NCBI RefSeq assembly: GCF_006345805.1
Contig: NC_043001.1
Coordinates: forward strand, 77,314,001 to 77,378,000
DNA from: Octopus sinensis
Taxonomy: Eukaryota
DNA length: 64,000 nucleotides
Direction: 5' to 3'
The notes below the pieces were generated by a model. It made no database searches. It was not told the origin of the DNA and saw only the letters and a program-made list of their open reading frames with translations. The position numbers were made by a program, and so were the translations under genes. Shown here one piece after another: positions 52,963 through 64,000 of the stretch. Positions within the stretch are counted from its first letter, which is position 1; each line of letters begins with the position of its first letter.

Positions 52963-53195
52963 GTACATGTATATATGTGTATTTAATGCGTGTATTAACC
53001 TAATATAGAATGATGTGACTGGGAAATAAATTAATTATTCCTATCATACAGTTGCATTCATACATAAATACGTATATGCCCGAACATATACATACAAAAC
53101 AAAAACATACATGAATCTCATATGAATATATGATATATATATATATATATTTATATATATATTTATAATGACATATAAGGACGTACATACATGCA

Positions 53196-53420
<225 letters not shown>

Positions 53421-53539
53421 TATATATTTATCTCTCTTTCTGTGTGTATATATATATATCTATATATATATGTATAGATATACATACAAGTATGTATGCA
53501 TGTATGTATGTAGATATATATGTTTATATAGGTATGTAT

Positions 53540-53575
<36 letters not shown>

Positions 53576-53810
53576 AATACACACACACATAGATGTACGT
53601 ATAACTTTGATTCTTGGAAATCTTTGCAAGCACATGTATATATGAATGTTTACGTGTATGTGTGTGTGTATGTATTTAGATACATCGAAATGATTGTAGC
53701 ACAGGTATACATCTAGAAGTAAATCTATAAAGGAAGAAAAAAAACGTGTGTGTACATTTACACACACACAGACACACACATATGTATATATATATATATA
53801 CACACATATG

Positions 53811-53853
<43 letters not shown>

Positions 53854-55189
53854 AAATGCATATATACATATATATGTATATACATATATGCGTGTATATA
53901 TATTTATGTATGTATGTGTAGATATGGGTATGCATGAGTATATACCCATGCATACAAGAATGGGATCACTTGTTGAACCATAAATGCAGTGCACATTGAA
54001 TCATACGTACCGAGTATTTCAGCAAAAAGCGGTCAATAGTATTACTACTACGCTTAAAAATGAATCCTGGAGTCGAGATTTTGTTTTTTTTAATTAAAAC
54101 CCTTCAAGGTGGTACTCCAGCATGGCTGCATTCCATACTGGGGCACCAACTGAAACATAACAAAAAGATACAAGCATTCACAGACACACACACACACACA
54201 CATACAGACGCACAATATATATGTGCCTGCACATCCGCACCGACGCGAATATCAACTTTTAGATGGAAAAGGTTGGCAGTGACGTCGAAGTTTTTGCTTA
54301 CTTGTCCTCGTAAGACTGTAACTTTTCGACATGTTTGGAACCATATATATATATATATATATATGATGATGAATGGGCGTATGGAGAATGAGTCGTCGAT
54401 TTGGTGGGTGGAGCTATGTCAACGAAAATTTGGTTTGGTATAAATCACCTTCCAGGAAGACAGAAATGTTTACATAGAAAATGCACCGGGAGAAAACGTA
54501 TGTTTATAGGGTTTGGGCAGAGAGGAGGAGTGGAAGTTAAATTTTCTGGGTTATCAAAAGAAGCTTGTGTTCATTTAGAGCAGCTATTAATTGATTAACT
54601 ATGAAGGAATTTTTTTATAACGAAGTTCGTGAGATGTTTGTGATCTGTAAACAGTTTTCAGTAGGAACCAGTAAAAGAAGAATGAACACGTGATGTGCAT
54701 GTGCATCCTGAATTCATAAAACGGAAGAGAAGAATAGACAATTAATGCGCATGTCATAATAAAACGGAAGAGAAGAAGAAAAACATATTGTCTGCATGCG
54801 ACGTCAGACACCACCATCACCCAGCTTTGCTGCAATTTTCTTGTTTGCTCATATGTGAATAATACCCGGTCAGCATTTTTGATGCCAGAAATAAATGAAA
54901 TTGTTCACAATAATACACATGCTACAGTTTTCAATCATCAGAAGAGGAGAGATTAGTAAAAAAACAAACAAACAAAAAACAAACAATCAAAATACAAACT
55001 CGCTATCTTCAATTTAGTTTACGTACCTATCCTTACCAATGATCATGAATGTGGGTAATAACCGAAAGAGCACGATCGCGAATACAAGAGTTCAAAATGG
55101 CGTTCCTACGAAAGACGAAAGATTTCTGGAGTAATGTTACTTGACAAGGACCGTGTCTCAGAGATCAGGGAATTTCTCACCAGGCCGTG

Positions 55190-55450
55190 CTGCTACTGCT
55201 CTGCAGTGTGAGGTTACAGCCCCGGTGCTATGGAGATTTGATTAAAATGTGGCAGGAAGACGGATTCTTCAAACCTAGTCAATTGACAGGTGATTTTCTT
55301 AATAGATTAAGAACGAGATGGTTGGATGATTGCCATTGTTTCAGCTGGTCATGCATGGAAATACAACTGGAAAATGTAATGACAGCTGTCCCTGATAGGG
55401 TTCTTAGGAGGAGGTGCCTGAGGACTCTGCATCCATTCCAAGAGTAGTGG
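55190..55450 (+). mobile_element. RTE-like LINE 3' remnant
   Basis: RTRWLDD ... LENVMTAVPDRV resembles the RTE terminal 'RWxD...DRxxWR' region. Confidence 0.4.
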
Positions 55451-55921
55451 GAGGATAAATGAATGGGTAGATGGATGGGTGAGTTATAGGTATATATAAT
55501 ACAGAAAGAAATTAAATGTAAATGAATATTTGTATAAAAGTAAAATCTAATAGAGAAAGATCATTTAGGGTTTAATGGACTTGTCTCTATGACATATTCA
55601 GTATTCCATATAACCTTATAGATACAGCCTTATAGATACAACTCTAAAATCGTTAGTTCGCCTGACAAAATGCACAACCACATTTCTTGCATCTCTTTAC
55701 CTCCTAACTTCGAATTGCACCAAGGTCGACATTGCTTTTCATCCTTTCAAGATAAATAAATTAATGAGTACCACGTAACCACTGGGATCAATGTAATCGA
55801 TTAGTCCCCGCCCAACAAAAATGTTAGGCCTTGTCTATAATTGGAAGAATTATATATATATATTCTATACACACAGCCTTATGTATGCAACGTTATATAT
55901 ATATATTTTTTTTTTTCTCAC

Positions 55922-56152
55922 TTTCTCTTTCTCTTTTACTTGTTTCAGTCATTTGACTGCGGCCATACTGAAGCACCGCCTTTAGTCGAACAAATCGACC
56001 CCGGGACTTATTCTTTGTAAGCTCAGTACTTATTCTATCGGTCTCTTTTGCCGAACCGCTAAGTAACGGGGACGTAAACACACCAGCATCGGTTGTCAAG
56101 GGGGACAAACACAGACTCACAAACATATACACACACATACATACATACATAC

Positions 56153-56185
<33 letters not shown>

Positions 56186-56401
56186 ATATATATATATTAT
56201 ATATATATAATATATATATATATATATACACACACATATATACGACGGCTTCTTTCAGTTTCCGTCTCACAAATCCACTCATAAGGCTTTGCTCGGCTCG
56301 AGGCTATAGCAGAAGACACTCGCCCAAAATGCACGCAGTTGGACTGAACCCGGAACCATGTGGTCGGTAAGCAAGCTACTTACGACACAGCCACTCCTGC
56401 G

Positions 56402-56403
<2 letters not shown>
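55922..56403 (-). mobile_element. SINE A, full-length
   Basis: Closely matches the 18358 copy. Confidence 0.92.
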
Positions 56404-56460
<57 letters not shown>

Positions 56461-56921
56461 ATAATAATTCTTGGATGGAACTTATAAATATTTTAATGCA
56501 TTGCTACGCGCGTTTCCACTAATCACATGTTTCTTAAGCTCATAGCCCGTATTCCTGATATCGCCAGTTGGTATCATTAGGCTGTAGTCGGAATAATGGA
56601 ATAGGAGCTTTTATTTGCATATTCAAAACTTTTCCCGTAAACGAACTTAGAGGATATATATATATACAAAGTGCCAACGAACGAAAGTATCGGCCCTTGA
56701 GTCATTCACTAAATTCTGCCAATTATTAAAAATATGTATATACTCATGTTATAAGTTCTATTTTTCTATTTGCACCACCAATCATATAATCACACACACA
56801 CATATATATTTAAACATAGTATAAAACATATAACATATATACAACATTATGTCTGCAACATATATATACACGCACACACACAACACTATGTACAACATTA
56901 CCCAAAAGGAAATTTTAACGC

Positions 56922-57340
56922 TTAAACAATGAATGTGTAGGCAACATTTTTCATGAATTTAACATTCTCAAACTTGGGACGTTTATTACATTTTCTTGGT
57001 GTAACAAACAAACTTTGATTAGCAAAACTCTTTATGTGCAAAGCATCCCCAATTCTGCTGAGAGCAACATACGACTGATCATGTGTGAACATAGTAGCAG
57101 GGAAATAAAGGATATTTTTTCCTACACACATCTCTTTGAGTTTTGATATTGAAATGGCGATGTAGGCTTGAAAAAGAATTAATGTCATTTCAAAGTGAAG
57201 GACAACTTTGTATAGTATGGTTGCAGGCTGATACGGGCAATCAACAAAATACGTCTTGTAATATAATTTCACAGTAATTTTACTTGATTTTTTGTAAATG
57301 TCAAGAGCAGATTTCTTGAAAATGTCTGTAAGAAATATAA
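56922..57340 (-). mobile_element. Helitron Pif1-type helicase C-terminal remnant
   Basis: AYIAISISK ... MFTHDQSYVALSRI ... KNVAY resembles the 'FSHGQLYVALSRV...KNIVY' motif. Confidence 0.75.
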
Positions 57341-57589
57341 CATTCAACTATTTTTCTGAAATGAAGGAAGGAAAATATCTAAGGAGGACAAACAGTGCTT
57401 GCGAAAAAAAGTACAAAAAGTAAAAGAGTGAAAGAAGGGAAAGAAAGCTATAGAAGGAATATGAAAAAATAGTAAAAGAAAGAGAGGCAGAGTAAAAGCT
57501 GGAAAGTCTGAAAAAATGAAAGAAAGGGGAGTATGGAAGAAAGAAAGAAAGAGGATATAAGAAAAAAGAGATCGAAAAGCCCTGTTATC

Positions 57590-58040
57590 AACAAGCGTCA
57601 ACCATGATAAATACTTCAGAAGGGAAAAACTCTCTTCGGAAAATAGCCCATAATTTTCTGTCAAAGTTGTAAAGATAGTAGATGTTGGATATACAGAAAA
57701 GAATATTCCAACCATTTTAAAAATTGCCTCTGAGTAAAATCCAAAAATGGGCAACCCTTCAAGATAAACGAGGGACAAAACAAGAATCCTTATATATTAC
57801 ATAATCTGCACTGGTTTTAAGGAAAATTACATCGGCTTGACCAGAAACTCCCTATTTGAAAGAGTAGGGATATATAAACAACAAATACTCTTCATGAATT
57901 ATGAAAAATCCATCTCAGTGACCATTTCCCAATTTGCGGAAATAACAAATTAAAAATTTTCCATTTAACTAATGCTTAAGAGATAATCTGATATATCGTT
58001 TAGAAATGGAGAGACGTTTTATATATAAAAAATTCTGCCC
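57590..58040 (+). mobile_element. PLE GIY-YIG region remnant
   Basis: LIYYIICTGFKENYIGLT ... KQQI. Confidence 0.6.
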
Positions 58041-59055
58041 AAATAAAGAATAACGAACAAAAGAACATTTCTATTTCATGAAAAATTCCACTAGAAAGCG
58101 ATGAACGTGTTAAACTTATATATTTTCTGTTTATGCATTCTCTTCACCTTTTTACCAATTTTCTCTCTATAAAAATTCGTGAGAAAGGAATTCCACATAA
58201 AATACTTTCCTCTAAATTTTCGTTGTTACTATTCTTGCATTGGGAAGCGTGCAGCCTAGTCGGTGGTGGGGTTAGTGCAATTTGAAAGAGATTTGGCTGC
58301 TATTTTTAGCACTTCGAGTGACCACGTAGAAACCATCTCCGCCGTTGGCTTCTCTTGTTGTCGTCTATATCGCCATCATCATTGCCATTGTTGTTTTCAC
58401 TGACGTTTCTGGTGTTGTTATTGTTGGTAGTTGCGGTAGCGGTGCTAACGTGTCGCATTGAGTTAAGCAGGAAGTGTAGAAATATAATAGAGGACAGCTG
58501 ATTAAAAGTATGTCTGTTGTAGAATTGAATTTGAATATTGGAATTTCAATGGTGTACAATTCAAGAAGAATGGTGGCATTTATCGGCAGAAGACTCTAAT
58601 TATTGAAAGCGTGTCAACATTACAGAAATATAATGGTGTATCGTAATGGTTGTGGTGGTGACGCTGGTAGTGATGTGTATGCATATGAGTGGTTTTCAAG
58701 GGGAGTTTTAATGGTTGCAGTAGGATAGTAATAATGAAGGTAGGTGGGAGGATAATAATGGCGTTGTTGGTGGTTATAATGGTGATGATCGTGATGATAG
58801 TTGTTGAGGCTCTGGCGATAGTAGCATTGGTTGTGATGTTGGTTGAGAAATGTTGATGAAAACAATGAAAAGGTAAAATTAAAATGAGTTAGTGGCGGGT
58901 AATGACGTTTGTTATGCCGATTGTGATGTTATTAAATGGTATGACGATGGTGGCATTGATTGTGGTGACGTTTATTGAAATGTTTATGTATGTATGGTTA
59001 CATAACACACATATATGCACATATATACATGTATGTATGTATGTGTATGCAGGTA

Positions 59056-59339
59056 GAGGCACATGGCCTTGTGGTTAGAGCAGCGGACCCGCAGTCGAGG
59101 GATCGCGGGTTCGAATCTCAGACCGGGCGATGTGTGTGTCTATCAGCGAAACACCTAAGCTCCACGCGGCTCCGGCAGAAGGTAATGGTGAACTTCTGCT
59201 GACTCTTTCGCCCCAACTTTCTCTCACTCTTTCTTCCTGCATCTTGCAGCTCACCTGCGACGGACCGGCGTCCCGTCCAGGTGGGGAACCTATACGCCAA
59301 GGAATCTGATCCAGGCGTGGCTCGAGAAGGAACAAACAA
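59056..59339 (+). mobile_element. tRNA-derived SINE family D
   Basis: TGGCCTTGTGGTTAGAGC A box, GGTTCGAATC B box, CTGCGACGGACCGGCGTCCCGTCCAGG domain. Confidence 0.85.
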
Positions 59340-59516
59340 TGTATGTAAGTATGTATATGTACACACGCGCGCGCGCAAACACATATACTCACATACACAT
59401 GAAATGTCATGTATATACAGGGATTAGGGAGGTCATATAAACAATGAATAACTCGATACTTTTAATTTGGGGCGTATGTAGATACGAGTACATACATATA
59501 TACATACATAATATAT

Positions 59517-59912
59517 AGGCGTAGCTGTGTGGTAAAAATCTTGCTTCCCAACAACATTCTCCGGGTTCAGTCCCACTGAGTAGTACCCTGAGAAAGTGCT
59601 TTATAGTATAGCTTTGGGTCGACCAGATCCTTGTGAACTGATTTGGTAGACGGAAACTGAAAGAAGCCCGTGGTATATATATATATCCATACACTTATGT
59701 GTGTGTGTGTTTTTGTGTCTATGTTCCCCCCCCCACATCGATTGACAACCGATGTTGGTGTGTTTATGTTCCCGTAGCTTATCGTTCGGCAAAGGACACC
59801 TATAGAATTAGTACCAGGCTTGCAAAGAATAAGACCTGGGATCGCTTTCGTCGACTAAAAGGCATGGCCGCAGTGACATGACTGAAATAAGTAAAAAATG
59901 AAAAGAATAAAA
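59517..59912 (+). mobile_element. SINE A
   Basis: A/B boxes, internal microsatellite and tail. Confidence 0.85.
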
Positions 59913-59926
59913 GAATATATATATGT

Positions 59927-59960
59927 ACTAGCCTTGAAGCCCTACTTCGGGCGGCACTCG
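59927..59960 (-). mobile_element. Candidate Helitron 3' terminus
   Basis: Minus strand GCCCGAAGTAGGGC hairpin followed closely by CTAG|T. Confidence 0.45.
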
Positions 59961-60539
59961 GACTAGCACCAGCGGAGGGCACCTTTGAGGTCCTCGGGAT
60001 GCATTTTCCATGTTTCATTTTTTAAAAATTTTATTCTAAAGATGAAAATTTGCGACACTTTCACCGAGTTATATATGCTTCCAAGCTCACTGTAGTAATT
60101 AATTTACTTCATATTTTTAGACTTGAACCACCATTCGTACTAAGCAAGTAAAATGTATGACTATTATAACTATTTTTCCATCACTTCACCATTTCTAAAG
60201 AAATATTAAAATGAGATTGAGATAAAATGAATAGGATCCATTTCATCTCAATGTCATTCTATCTTCTATTACAAGTCTTTAGAGGGATACTATAACCGGA
60301 ACAGGAAGATTAGTTTACCACCTAGACATAAGTTTCATAAACTACAAAATATAAATATTCAAACTACCACACTTGAAACTTACCTGTTATAACACTTTAT
60401 CTCGATTTGAATGTACGCGAAGGCATTTAGAATGCATAAACTTACTTCTGAAAATGTGCTAAGCACTGATACTGATCATAGTTTAATTAATAAGCGTAGG
60501 AGCAAGGTAAATGCAGTAAAAATAGGGGAGTCAGTGGGG

Positions 60540-61610
60540 CCCCATTTAAGCGGTCTTTCCGAAATTGAGCCTCCTTACGATACTCCCTGGGAAGTTTCGT
60601 GGTGTAGTTTCAGGCGGAGACGATAGGGCGTCGGGAACGTTATATTTGCGAAGTTTGGGAACGAAATATATAGTAGAGGTTCGGGGTGTGGTTACGATGA
60701 GACTAGTGGAAGTGTCTGGAAGTGAACTAGAAGAGATAAGTTCATGAACCGTGGTGGACATTTGTTTCTGGTAATGGTTGGTAAAATCGTTCAGTACCTC
60801 CACATAAATCAAGGGTCGTTCAGTTGGTGGTGTGCTTCTCTGTACAGGTTAGATCTCCAACCTACGACGGTGCTCTCTTTGTTAGCTGGATTGATAACGA
60901 GGCCTCAGCTTTTATGGAACTTTTAGAGAGCATCTACTTCCGATGGAAGAACGTTCGATTTTCTTAGCTTCTTGAAACAGAAGAGGCCGAAAATAAAATG
61001 GCGTTTATTGACAAATAAATCGGTGTCCAATTAGTGATGTGATTTTTGAGGGATATGAGCTTCTTTTGTGGTAAAATGCCTTGAGTTGGATCCAGTGCAG
61101 GGAAATCTCAGTGTTAGCGCGTTAGCCGAATTCTTTGGGTTTGTCATGGAGGTGTATACAATTTAGGCCCCTGATAAGTAGAGGTGATTCAACGTTTGTG
61201 AGAGGTAGATCCCTGGGGATGGTGTAAACCATGTTTGTTGTGAGCAGTTTGGGAGACGTGCTTTGTGTGAGACAAAAAAGTAGTAAAGCTTGATTTTCAA
61301 GTGCCGTATCTCAAAATGTATCGATTGAAATTGTGCGCAAGAGCAAAAGATAGAATGGAGAGACCGGTAGAGATTGAGGTCCCATATCAGATGGTCGCGT
61401 TTGACGCATATGGAACGAATGTCAGCTCGCGTAAGTTGATTTGAAGAAGCAGGGAGGCTGTTAAGAATGTTTTGAGGATATTCCGTTGAGAAATAGATGG
61501 ATGAAAATTCGGTTTGAAATCACTTGGAATGATGCTGAGTCAATGACATCGTCCAAGGAAGATTAAATATCTGCCGAAACAGGTTTGTTTTTATATTAGA
61601 TTGTAATATC
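60540..61610 (-). mobile_element. PLE N-terminal/RT-start fragment
   Basis: PANKESTVV (ADKG region), PRTSTIYFVPKLRK, RPIVSA. Confidence 0.7.
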
Positions 61611-61682
61611 GCAAATCGATAATATGTATATCGGTCATATTAGAGTGTATTCCATGTGCATATATATATATATATATATATC

Positions 61683-61722
<40 letters not shown>

Positions 61723-61821
61723 AGATATATATATATATAATATATATATAATATTATTTATATATATATATATCTATATATAATATATATATATTCTATA
61801 TATATATTGTATGTATATATA

Positions 61822-63187
61822 TAAGGTGCGACAGGTAAATTGTTGCCATTTTGAATTTTTTACTTTACGCATTGCTTATTTTTAATTTTATCGACAACAC
61901 AAACGCCGTCTGTGAGAAAAACAGTACCATGTCGCAATTCAGTCTGCCAGAAATTTGAAAATTACATGCTGTACTGCTTGGCATTCGCGACAGACATTTC
62001 AGTGTGTTTGGGTGTTAATCTGAGGACAGTGCAAAGGATTCGGTGAGAGCTGAATAAGTCTAATGGTGATTACGATGGTACGGCAGCTCGGAAATCTCAC
62101 TCTGATCATTCCAATGAGAAAAGATCTCCTGAATTTCTTGGTGAGATGTGAAAGGGTCAATTTTTATCCCAAGCCATCAAGGACAAGAAGAAAGACCGCG
62201 CTACGAAGCATTTGAACAAATTCAAGCATCTCTTCCAACCGAATATGCTTTCGTTTTTCTGAGACAAGAAAAATTTCTGCCAGGATCAGATAGTGAACAC
62301 ACAGAGCAACCGCTGGCTTGCCGTGTCGCCAATAACATGTACCGAGACTGATAAAAGTCAAACATCCAGTCACCATCATGGTGTTTGGAGTGATCACTAG
62401 TGATGGCAATGCTATGCATCCATTCATCTTCCCACACGGCCTCAGACTCAACACGGAGGCCTACATCAAGTGCCTGGAGGAAGCAGTGCTGCCCTGGGTC
62501 AAGAGGGTGATTGCTGACGAACCTGTGTCTGACAACATAACTCTGCACTATTTCTTTATTACCCACAAGGGGCTAAACACAGAGGGGACAAACAAGGACA
62601 GACATAGGTATTAAGTCGATTACATCGACCCCAGTGCGTAACTGGTACTTAATTTATCGACCCCGAAAGGATGAAAGGCAAAGTCGACCTCGGCGGAATT
62701 TGAACTCACAAGGTAACGACAGACGAAATACGGCTACGCATTTCGCCCGGCGTGCTAACGTTTCTGCCAGCTCGCCGCCTGCACTATGCCACACAAGTAG
62801 GAGAACCCAGTCATAGCTGTCAGACAATTTTTGCGACCACATCACCCCTAACATCTGGCCACCCAACTCCCCAGACTGCAACCGCATTGATTATTATGTG
62901 TGGGGCGTAGTTGAGCGGGAGCCTAACAAAACTCCTTGTAACACAAGGCAAGGACTATAGCAGCATTCACCAACTTAAACAAGGAGACTGTCCAGAAGGG
63001 TTGCAGGAGATTCCGAAGTCGTCTTGAGGCCGTGGTTGAAGCCAACGGCGATTTCATCGAATAAATTTACTGTTTAATATTTCAAGATATTTTAATGTAA
63101 TTTTGGTAAATATATCTGTTAAAATGTGATGTCAGTATTATTTTTATTTTTACGTTATTTAGACGACAGTTTATTCATTGCACCCTA
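61822..63187 (+). mobile_element. maT-like DD37D element with both TIRs, interrupted by SINE B
   Basis: TA-TAAGGTGCGACAGGTAAATTGT / ACAGTTTATTCATTGCACCCTA-TA; KHPVTIMVFGVITSDG, WPPNSPDCN. Confidence 0.9.
62549..62779 (-). mobile_element. Young SINE B with TSD
   Basis: CTGCACTAT at 62543-62551 and 62779-62787. Confidence 0.92.
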
Positions 63188-63708
63188 TATATGTATACAC
63201 TCCCCCCACACACACACAATGCAAGCTTAAATAATGGTCATTAGTATTATTCTTGCCTTGTATATCACTTTGTGCAAAAACCAGTATTACTGGAGCATAA
63301 CTGTGGATTTACAATATTGAATGGTGATGAACTATAACCTCGTACGTTGCCACCAGGATGCTCACAGTTCTTTACTAATATAAACAATGCTATCTGCATT
63401 TAGTTTGGTGTAGTACTAAGAAAGAGCTTATAAAGTATTATATTTTGCCCGGATGTAATACCTTACTAATAACTCCTTTATATATATATATATATACACA
63501 CACACATATACGTGTGTGTATTTGTGTGTACGTGCATATATATATTATACGTATATATGTGTGTTTGTGTGCGAGATGTGTATGTGTGTAGGATAATATT
63601 TAACACGTTTCTATACGCTCAGGAGTGAAAAGACATTTCATTGCAAAAATAGTCTCACAAGAACTATGTGCAAAAACAAATCATTGGACTATGACTGACA
63701 TCATTGTA

Positions 63709-63753
63709 ACGCAGAACGCATGTTTCGTTGTTGTTACGCCTCATCAGCTACGC
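63709..63753 (-). ncRNA. Type I hammerhead motif, canonical core, weak stem II
   Basis: Minus strand GCGTAG-CTGATGA-GGCGTAACAACAAC-GAAA-C(atgc)G-TT-CTGCGT. Confidence 0.6.
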
Positions 63754-64000
63754 GCACTGAATCACTCGTTCACAGCCTTGTAACAGATGTGCGCATAGCA
63801 TGGTCAATCTGGAAGTAATTAATAGGAAGGGCAAATCAGCTTCCTTCGATGCGATGACGTTATTCATAGCCCAATGATGATGTATTTCCTCACATATTGT
63901 CTATAAGCAGAACTTTCTCTCGAGACTATTTCAGCAGAAATGGTTTTACTGCGTCCGAATGGAGCGAACGTTGTAAATATGGTCGTACACGCATATAAAT

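Noticed and set aside
54922-54942. CTGATGA-TT-GAAA on minus strand
   Set aside because: There is no room for stem II.

Overview
This is AT-rich eukaryotic non-coding DNA saturated with microsatellites ((TA)n, (CA)n, (TACA)n, (TAA)n, (GA)n) and decayed transposons. I can support no host protein-coding exon, and nearly all track ORFs are microsatellite translations or TE remnants. The SINE and microsatellite make-up resembles an octopod cephalopod genome (inference). It contains several tRNA-type SINE families; Penelope-like element (PLE) RT/GIY-YIG fragments; R4/Dong, HERO and RTE LINE fragments; Tc1/mariner elements (DD34D, DD37D, irritans-like, DD41D-like); and hAT and Helitron remnants. The most notable signal is about ten type-I hammerhead ribozyme (HHR) motifs from several PLE-type families. 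They include a ~310-bp palindrome with a G3:C8-swapped HHR on each strand, a tRNA-headed (AAT)n-HHR unit found both at a PLE 3' end and standing alone, and an inverted-repeat junction at a predicted cleavage site. All alignments and folds were done by eye, and element ends are approximate.
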